A DNA stretch of 13,221 bases. It comes from Promethearchaeota archaeon Loki_b31. Lineage in GTDB: Archaea > Asgardarchaeota > Lokiarchaeia > Sigyniarchaeales > SOKP01. The translations under genes were made by a program, and so were the position numbers. Location of the stretch: positions 1 to 13,221 of the forward strand of contig NJBI01000078.1 in assembly GCA_005222975.1 (NCBI GenBank). The letters are read 5' to 3'. The notes beneath the pieces are model-generated. The model was not told where the DNA came from. It saw only the letters and a list, made by a program, of their open reading frames with translations, and searched no databases. Every line of letters begins with the position of its first letter. Positions within the stretch are counted from its first letter, which is position 1. Positions 6,650-13,221 of the stretch are shown piece by piece.

Positions 6650-7765
6650 ATGGTAAAAAAAAAAGTGTTAAGGATAATAGCTATTATTTTTCCAATAATT
6701 GGCTTAATTCATGGTTTAATCTCATATTCTTCAACTATTTTTTTTACATGGTTATTAATCGGATTATGGATAATATTTACAATGAAGATTTTTGAAAATA
6801 TCAAGCGCCACCGTGAGTTTAATTCACCACACAATACTGCATTTTTTGTGATTCTCCCATTATTTATCGGGATTTTTTACTCCATATGGGGTTCTTTTAC
6901 TGGTCTATTGGGAGAGAGTCTTATCGGTGGCGTATATTTTAGTCTTTGGAGTCTAATTTTTGCTTTTCCATTTATAATGTATGGTTTATATTCTTTATAT
7001 CGTTGTTTTAAGAAATATAATGTAATCTATTTTGGAAAAAAATCAGTAAAAGCAAGAATGTTGGGATATATTCTATCATTCTCAGTTCTTATTCTTATTA
7101 TTGCCTATTGGATAACTTTTTATAATTTTACTCTATTAGACTTAAATCTCCTATTACTTTTCATAGCTATAGTTTTAATATTAATTGTTTTTGGATTTAC
7201 TAGTACTGGTTCATCAATACCAACATTAACTCGGGATTACATTGCTGAACGTACTAGAAGGATCAATAATTTGACCACACCTTCAACCCAGAGACAAAGA
7301 GTACACACAACACGTACAACTAATACATCTCCATCAACTAGAACAACTACACGTACAACAAGATCTAGAACCCAATCGTCAAGAACAACTCCTACATCAC
7401 ATAGACAAACGGCAAGGACTAGAACAACAAATACTACACGTACTACTCGTGTTAAACCAACTTCAAAAGTTCGTGATCTAAATAAATATAAACCAAGAGC
7501 ATCATATCTTACAGTAGATGATTTTAAATGTATCTTTTGTTTTAATTTACCAAAACTTCCTGGAGACAGAGGTAGAGGAATAGTTGTATGTCCAAATTGC
7601 AGATATCCCGCACATGCTGATGAATTTAAAGATTGGATGCGAACTTCAAACCTCTGCTCACGTTGTAGTGCTGTTATACCATCAGGCTTTAGGCGTAATC
7701 CTAGAATTGTATCTGTAAAAAATTATTTAATTATCTATAGACATTTTTTGAAGAAGAAAAGATAG
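6650..7765 (+). CDS. Multi-pass membrane protein (~6 TM) with Thr/Arg-rich linker and C-terminal RING-like zinc finger; putative E3 ligase
   Basis: Six hydrophobic segments in aa ~6-184. C294xxC297...C314xxC317-x4-H322-x2-E325-x3-W329...C336xxC339. Last gene of the Ubl-E1-E2-JAMM run, with GGTGA upstream. Confidence 0.75.
   Translation: MVKKKVLRIIAIIFPIIGLIHGLISYSSTIFFTWLLIGLWIIFTMKIFENIKRHREFNSPHNTAFFVILPLFIGIFYSIWGSFTGLLGESLIGGVYFSLWSLIFAFPFIMYGLYSLYRCFKKYNVIYFGKKSVKARMLGYILSFSVLILIIAYWITFYNFTLLDLNLLLLFIAIVLILIVFGFTSTGSSIPTLTRDYIAERTRRINNLTTPSTQRQRVHTTRTTNTSPSTRTTTRTTRSRTQSSRTTPTSHRQTARTRTTNTTRTTRVKPTSKVRDLNKYKPRASYLTVDDFKCIFCFNLPKLPGDRGRGIVVCPNCRYPAHADEFKDWMRTSNLCSRCSAVIPSGFRRNPRIVSVKNYLIIYRHFLKKKR
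7274..7465 (+). repeat. Low-complexity Thr/Arg/Ser coding tract with degenerate repeats
   Basis: ACACGTAC at 7310, 7349 and 7436; ACTAGAACAAC at 7337 and 7418. Encodes repeated TRTT. Confidence 0.7.
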
Positions 7766-7779
7766 ACAAATAAAAATTA

Positions 7780-8736
7780 TTACGACATTCTTATAATTTT
7801 TCTCAACTCACCCACACTAGTTTTTAACTCAGAAAAAACGTTATGTGGATGAATAGATTCAAAGCTTTCAATTTTAAAAGTAATTTTGAAATCATTTTCT
7901 AAATTGGGAAAATCTCTTAAAATAAAGTTTTTTGCCATTTCTCTTACTACATCTTCAGAAAACAGCGGTTTTAAATGAGCAATTCTGACAAGTTTGGCTT
8001 CTTCAGGTCTTTTCAGAACAGACTGTATTTTTCCACTCATCGATTCTTCAATAATATCAATGATATCTAACACATCTATCCTATTGTTATTTAAATCTTT
8101 TATTTGAACTATTATAGTCCCAATTGAACGTTGATTATGAGAGCTAAAAGGTAGGATATTAAGAAGAGTTTTAACCACATCATCAGAAAGGTTAAGATCT
8201 TGCCTATTTTTAATAATTTCCTCAGCATATTCTTGGCTCATTTCCTTAGCACAGGGACAAACCGTCATACCAACAGCACTGGCTCCAATGTAATAACTAA
8301 AATCGACTTTTTCTTGTTCTTTCTTCTTTGCCTTTACAAATGAGCTAATTTCATATGCTTTCTGGATGGTTCTCTGTTGTTCGTCTTTACCTTGTACAAT
8401 TATTTTTCCTTCTAATTTTACATGAATCTTTTCGGTATACGGGTGCCGTTCTAACAATTTTCTAGCAATCCTATCTCCAACTAATTCAACCGATGGAGTG
8501 GGTTTAAAAATTACTTCATTTATTATTTCTTCAATAGTTTCTGAGGTTCGCGACATATGTATGCCACGCTGTTGTGCTGGCAAAGAGATTAAGGCAGATA
8601 TTTTTGGGTAAAAAGAAAACCGTTTATTCTCATGAATAATCTCAACTTTCTTTTCTACTCCCACGATCCCAACTTTATCGATTGGAATATCAACTATCGA
8701 ACCAGAGCCTTGTAAATCTTTCTTAAACTGATGAAT
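7780..8736 (-). CDS. mptA: GTP cyclohydrolase MptA (archaeal member of the FolE2/GCYH-IB family)
   Basis: RGIHMSR, GMTVCPCA, HNQRS, LKRPEE, P.F.EDVVR, ESIHPHN. The conserved N-terminal DLQ...IPIDKVGI lies in frame upstream of the tracked GTG at 8664, so the start was extended provisionally to ATT at 8736. Confidence 0.85.
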   Translation of the reverse strand: MHQFKKDLQGSGSIVDIPIDKVGIVGVEKKVEIIHENKRFSFYPKISALISLPAQQRGIHMSRTSETIEEIINEVIFKPTPSVELVGDRIARKLLERHPYTEKIHVKLEGKIIVQGKDEQQRTIQKAYEISSFVKAKKKEQEKVDFSYYIGASAVGMTVCPCAKEMSQEYAEEIIKNRQDLNLSDDVVKTLLNILPFSSHNQRSIGTIIVQIKDLNNNRIDVLDIIDIIEESMSGKIQSVLKRPEEAKLVRIAHLKPLFSEDVVREMAKNFILRDFPNLENDFKITFKIESFESIHPHNVFSELKTSVGELRKIIRMS

Positions 8737-8855
8737 AAATCAACACCAATTTTTTTGCTCGTTATTTATATGATGTACCAATTTTTATAATTTTTATAAT
8801 ATATTTTCTATTATATTATTTCTTGAAATAGGAATAAATAAAAATTGAATTTAAT

Positions 8856-10028
8856 ATGCCTAAAACTGCGATATATAGTAAATATGGGCTAATTGGAGAC
8901 GATTTAGAGCTAAAAAAAAATATTTCAATAGAAGTAGATAAAGACGGAAAGATTATTACAATTTCTTGCGAAAATATTACGAATAATATTGATATCTCGA
9001 GGAAAGGACGAAGTACTTTATTAGTTCCAGGACTAATTAATTCCCATATTCATATTGGCGATAGTTTTGCGAAAGAGGAAGGGTTTAATAAAGATTTAAT
9101 CGATGTTGTCGCCCCTCCAAATGGATTAAAGCATAAATTGTTAAGAACAATCTCAAACGAAATAAAAATTGAAGGGATAAAAAAAGCAGTTTTAGAAATG
9201 CTAGCAAATGGTATAACATTCTTTGTGGACTTCCGAGAAAACGGGTTAAAAGGTGTAGATCTTTTAAAAGAAACTTTAAAAAATTCTCCTATTAATAAAC
9301 TCATTTTAGGAAGGGATAATAATTTAGTTGATGTGGAAACTGTATTTAAAAATGCTGATGGCTTAGGATTTGCTAGTTATAAGCATCTTTCTCCTAAAAA
9401 CAAAGAAAAATTAAGTAGTTTAAAAAAAGAATATTTAAAAAAAATTATAGCGTGCCACGATGCTGAACTCTCGAGAGACGAGCCACTTTTTAACGAAATA
9501 ATAAACGATGATTTAATCGATGTAATTATACATGGTACTCATTATACAAGAGAAGATTTAGAGAGAATAAAGGGTAGAAATATTTCTATAGTTTTATGTC
9601 CTCGATGTAACGGTTATTTTGGAGTTGGATTTCCACCAATAAACGAAATTAATAGTTTAAAAATTCCTATAAGTTTAGGGACTGATAATGTAATGGTAAA
9701 TACGATTGATTTGTTCGAAGAAATGCGTTACCTATATAGAATTTCTCGTGTTTTATCACCTGATAAAAGTAATAATAATCTTTCTTCAAAAGATTTGTTG
9801 AAAATGGTAAGCATTAATGCTGCTAAAAATTTTGGGTTAGAAAAAGAATTTGGGTCAATTTCAGAGGGAAAATTTGCTGATTTTTTTTTGCTAAATTTAT
9901 CTGACCCGAACTATTATTCATATAAGATTGATCACAAAAGTATTTATCCTATTATTGTCCAAAGATCAAAATCTGAAAATATCAGAAAAACATATATTAA
10001 AGGCGAGGTAGTATTTGAAAGGAAATAA
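8856..10028 (+). CDS. Metal-dependent amidohydrolase (SsnA/cytosine-deaminase-like TIM barrel)
   Basis: PGLINSHIHIGD (HxH), HDAE, IIHGT, CPRCN, LGTDN, GSISEGKFAD. Confidence 0.9.
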   Translation: MPKTAIYSKYGLIGDDLELKKNISIEVDKDGKIITISCENITNNIDISRKGRSTLLVPGLINSHIHIGDSFAKEEGFNKDLIDVVAPPNGLKHKLLRTISNEIKIEGIKKAVLEMLANGITFFVDFRENGLKGVDLLKETLKNSPINKLILGRDNNLVDVETVFKNADGLGFASYKHLSPKNKEKLSSLKKEYLKKIIACHDAELSRDEPLFNEIINDDLIDVIIHGTHYTREDLERIKGRNISIVLCPRCNGYFGVGFPPINEINSLKIPISLGTDNVMVNTIDLFEEMRYLYRISRVLSPDKSNNNLSSKDLLKMVSINAAKNFGLEKEFGSISEGKFADFFLLNLSDPNYYSYKIDHKSIYPIIVQRSKSENIRKTYIKGEVVFERK

Positions 10029-10683
10029 GCATCCTTACGTAATTTTGAGCGCGGCTATGACAATTGACGGTAAAATCGCTTCTAAGATAGGAGACCCAGA
10101 CATTTCTGACGAAGAAGATTGGAAAGCCGTACATAAACTAAGAACAGAGGTAGATGCAATTATGGTTGGTAAAGGGACGATTTTAAAAGATAATCCAAAG
10201 CTTCATATTAAATATTACGATCATAACGGATATTTTCGAATTGTGTTAGATAGTACTCTTTCAATACCAATTGATTCAAATGTGATAAAATATAAACCAG
10301 AAGTTTACCCCACGATCATATGTATAACTGAAAATGTTCCTTTGGAGAAAATAAAAGATTTCGAATTAAAAAACATTAAGATTATAAAATCAGGTAAAGG
10401 GAGCAGAGTTGATGTGGTTAAACTAATGCCAATTTTATATCAAAATGGTATAAAAAAGATTCTACTAGAGGGAGGTGGCAATTTGAATTGGAGTTTTATT
10501 AAAGATAATTTAGTAGACGAAATAAGGTTAACAATTGCCCCTTGGATCGTTGGCGGTAAAGATGCTATAACCCTAGTAGAGGGAGCGGGTTTCTCAAAAA
10601 TGCTTGAAAGCCCTAAATTTATCTTATCTGATGTGGATCATAGAAATAATTACGTAATTCTAAAATATAAAAAAGGAAAATGA
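10015..10683 (+). CDS. arfC: 2,5-diamino-6-(ribosylamino)-4(3H)-pyrimidinone 5'-phosphate reductase (stand-alone RibD_C)
   Basis: AAMTIDGKIA, VHKLR...DAIMVG.GT...DNP.L, LLEGGGNLNWS, VDEI..TIAP.IVGG. No deaminase domain. TTG start with GAGGT upstream; overlaps the preceding gene. Confidence 0.88.
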   Translation: MKGNKHPYVILSAAMTIDGKIASKIGDPDISDEEDWKAVHKLRTEVDAIMVGKGTILKDNPKLHIKYYDHNGYFRIVLDSTLSIPIDSNVIKYKPEVYPTIICITENVPLEKIKDFELKNIKIIKSGKGSRVDVVKLMPILYQNGIKKILLEGGGNLNWSFIKDNLVDEIRLTIAPWIVGGKDAITLVEGAGFSKMLESPKFILSDVDHRNNYVILKYKKGK

Positions 10684-11792
10684 CGGAAGATATAAAAAAA
10701 GTCAAAGAATTAAAATCTTTATCAATCAGAAAGTTAAAAGAAAAAGTTAATGAAATAAAAAATGAGTTAGATAAAGAAGAGCAAAAAATTATAACATATT
10801 CTAAGAATTTCACCCTTTCCCTTTCTAATTATTGTCAAAATCAATGCGGATATTGTTTTTATAATCATAGGATCGCTAAAGAAACAGGGGAAAAAAATGT
10901 TGTGTTAATTGAAGATGAAAAAATCGATTTGATAACTCAAAATGCGGCGCAATATGGATGCAAGGAAGCTTTATTAATGTCAGGTGAATTTCCAGATAGT
11001 TTTCAAATAGTTCAGAAAGAGTTAGAAAAAAGGAATTTTGGCGATTTCTTACAATTTGTTAAGAATTTAAGCAAAAATCTATTAAACATGAATTTTCTAC
11101 CTCATACCAACATTGGCTTGCTTACATTTGAGCAATTAAAAAGTTTAAAGGATTATAACGCTAGTATGGGTTTAATGTTAGAGAGTACTTGCAAAAGTCT
11201 TTTTAAAAGCGGTGGAGTTCATGTAAACTCGCCTGGTAAAATTCCCGAAAACCGAATCGAACACATTGAAAATGCGGGAAAGTTAAAAATTCCCTTCACT
11301 ACTGGTTTATTATTAGGAATTGGAGAGAGTTTTGAAGATAGGATAAAAGATCTGTTTTTAATTAAGGAAATCAATCTTCAATATGGTCATATACAAGAGG
11401 TTATCATACAAAACTTTATAGAGAAAAAGGGTATACGATATAATCCAAGAACCCCCATAACTATTGAAGAAACCCTCAAAACTGCTGGAATCGCAAAATT
11501 AATATTTGAAAATGAGATTGCTATTCAAGTACCTCCCAATTTAATTCAAAATTACGAGACAGAAGCCATAGAGATGGGTATTGATGATTTTGGAGGAATT
11601 TCCCCTTTTACCTTGGATTATATCAACCCGGAGCATACTTGGCCTAAAATAGATTATTTAAAAAAGATTTGTGGAAAAAAAGGGTATAAACTGGAAATGA
11701 GATTACCAATTTATAATAAATTTATCAATAAAAAGGGATTCTGCCCCAAAAATATTAAAAAAACGATAGATAATATTAATCAAAATGTCTGA
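10680..11792 (+). CDS. cofG: FO synthase subunit 1 (7,8-didemethyl-8-hydroxy-5-deazariboflavin synthase), radical SAM
   Basis: ITYSKN, CQNQCGYC, LPHTN.G, NASMGLMLE, SPGK.P..R, IPFTTGLL.GIGE, GHIQEVIIQNF, QVPPNL, D.GGISP.T.D.INPE..WP. ATGA overlap with arfC. Confidence 0.95.
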   Translation: MTEDIKKVKELKSLSIRKLKEKVNEIKNELDKEEQKIITYSKNFTLSLSNYCQNQCGYCFYNHRIAKETGEKNVVLIEDEKIDLITQNAAQYGCKEALLMSGEFPDSFQIVQKELEKRNFGDFLQFVKNLSKNLLNMNFLPHTNIGLLTFEQLKSLKDYNASMGLMLESTCKSLFKSGGVHVNSPGKIPENRIEHIENAGKLKIPFTTGLLLGIGESFEDRIKDLFLIKEINLQYGHIQEVIIQNFIEKKGIRYNPRTPITIEETLKTAGIAKLIFENEIAIQVPPNLIQNYETEAIEMGIDDFGGISPFTLDYINPEHTWPKIDYLKKICGKKGYKLEMRLPIYNKFINKKGFCPKNIKKTIDNINQNV

Positions 11793-12909
11793 AATATATA
11801 ATTACATCAAACCAGATATTAAAAAAATTCTCAAAAAAGCGGAAGAATCGGAAGAAATCAGTCGAGAAGAAGCTCTTAAACTACTAAAAGTTACAGGGAA
11901 AGAATTTTTTGCTTTACAACAAATAGCTGATCAGATTTGTTTTGAGAAGAAAAATAATCTTGTAACATTTATTATAAATCGAAATATAAATTTTACAAAT
12001 ATTTGCTATCAGAATTGTAAATTTTGCTCTTTTAGTGTTTCAAATAAGAATAAAGAAAGTTTTTTACAAACTCATGAAGAAATTAGAAAAAAAGTTTTGG
12101 ACGCTAAAACTGCTGGTTGTACAGAGGTTTGCATCCAGGGTGGAATAAATCCCGAACTAGATTTTGACTATTACCTAAATATTTTGAAGAATGTAAAAGA
12201 TGTCGATGCTAACATGCATACGCACGCTTTTTCACCTCAAGAAGTATTTTATATGTCAAAATTATATGGAAATTCTATTGAAAATACATTAAAAGAATTA
12301 AAGAAAGCGGGATTAGATTCAATGCCCGGCACTGCCGCTGAAATTTTAGTTGATGATGTTAGGAAAATCATATGCCCCAATAAATTATCAACATCTCAAT
12401 GGATTAATGTGATAAGTACAGCTCATAAATTAAGTATCCCTACTACGTCAACTATGATGTACGGACATATCGAAGATTTACGAGACAGAATCAAACACCT
12501 TGAGGTGTTAAGGGAGATTCAAAAAGAGAACTCAGGTTTTACTGAATTTGTCGCTTTACCCTTTGTTAAGGAAAAACCAATGCTATCGACCCTAACAGAT
12601 TTCCCTTTAAAACCAAGTTTTGGAATGGCAGATTTGAAACTCTTCTGCGTAGCAAGAATATTTTTTAACAATTACATTGATAATATTCAATGTTCATGGG
12701 TTAAATTGGGTCCAAAATTTGCTCAAGTATCTCTTAATTATGGAGTAAACGATTTTTCTGGGACACTAATGGAAGAAAATATTTCAAAAAGTGCAGGTGC
12801 GGAATTTGGAGAGTACTTATCTCCAGAGGAAATAATTGAAATTATTAAAGCTGCAGGAAAACGCCCAGCACAGAGAGATACAATATATAAAATCTTAAAA
12901 TATTACTAA
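11785..12909 (+). CDS. cofH: FO synthase subunit 2 (5-amino-6-(D-ribitylamino)uracil-L-tyrosine 4-hydroxyphenyl transferase), radical SAM
   Basis: NRNINFTNIC...C.FC, TEVCIQGG, HAFSP.E, SMPGTAAEIL.D.VR, STMMYGH, GFTEFV.LPF, NIQ.SWVKLG, GTLMEENISKSAGA. Adjacent to cofG. Confidence 0.95.
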   Translation: MSEIYNYIKPDIKKILKKAEESEEISREEALKLLKVTGKEFFALQQIADQICFEKKNNLVTFIINRNINFTNICYQNCKFCSFSVSNKNKESFLQTHEEIRKKVLDAKTAGCTEVCIQGGINPELDFDYYLNILKNVKDVDANMHTHAFSPQEVFYMSKLYGNSIENTLKELKKAGLDSMPGTAAEILVDDVRKIICPNKLSTSQWINVISTAHKLSIPTTSTMMYGHIEDLRDRIKHLEVLREIQKENSGFTEFVALPFVKEKPMLSTLTDFPLKPSFGMADLKLFCVARIFFNNYIDNIQCSWVKLGPKFAQVSLNYGVNDFSGTLMEENISKSAGAEFGEYLSPEEIIEIIKAAGKRPAQRDTIYKILKYY

Positions 12910-13220
12910 ATTCTGTGATCTTGTAAAAGACTTAAGACGTAACGTTGTGTAATTAAATCTGAACTTACTTTTCCTAAAACCTTTCCGTCCTTAACAACTG
13001 GCATAGCAGAAATTTGATATTGTTCTAATTCACGTACAATGTCTAGCATAGTATAATCTGGAGAGGCTATAATAACGTCCTTAGTCATAATTCTATCAAG
13101 TTTAACATCACAACTATTTGAGGAAACTGCTGCTGTTACATCCCAATCGGTTGCAACTCCTATAAGTTTACCTTCAGAGAGAACGGCAACTATACCACTA
13201 CTTTCATCTATCATTAACTT
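12906..13220 (-). CDS. CBS-domain pair protein, probably 5'-partial
   Basis: GKLIGVATDWD, IMTKDVI, ISAMPVV.DGKVLG.VS..D. The frame stays open to the window edge. Its stop codon overlaps the cofH stop. Confidence 0.85.
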   Translation of the reverse strand, partial: KLMIDESSGIVAVLSEGKLIGVATDWDVTAAVSSNSCDVKLDRIMTKDVIIASPDYTMLDIVRELEQYQISAMPVVKDGKVLGKVSSDLITQRYVLSLLQDHRI

Positions 13221-13221
13221 T

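Noticed and set aside
3551-10813. Short overlapping ORFs (3551-3748, 4082-4294, 5789-6007, 6111-6338, 6169-6375, 9050-9304, 10619-10813)
   Set aside because: All lie within or antisense to well-supported genes and show no recognisable motifs.
11785-12909. mqnC/mqnE instead of cofH
   Set aside because: Adjacency to cofG and the SMPGTAAEIL, FTEFV.LPF and SWVKLG motifs favour CofH.

Overview
Very AT-rich archaeal DNA, most likely Asgard/Lokiarchaeia-like (inferred from gene content and GGTG ribosome-binding motifs). The left ~7.8 kb holds an apparently self-contained eukaryote-like ubiquitin-like (Ubl) conjugation locus. It has two soluble Ubl paralogues with acidic N-terminal tails that end in Ala-Gly rather than Gly-Gly (one ending at the Gly, one with a -YF extension), and a third, membrane-anchored Ubl-domain protein lacking the terminal Gly. 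These sit with a canonical-type E1, an E2 with two loop insertions, a JAMM/MPN+ protease and a ~6-TM protein with a C-terminal variant RING finger. A winged-helix regulator, a palindromic candidate operator and a long coiled-coil protein lie alongside. The right ~5.4 kb is a GTP-derived cofactor cluster (mptA, amidohydrolase, arfC/RibD_C reductase, cofG, cofH) followed by a partial CBS-domain gene. No tRNA, rRNA, CRISPR array or mobile element was seen. All calls come from motif recognition by eye, with no database searches.
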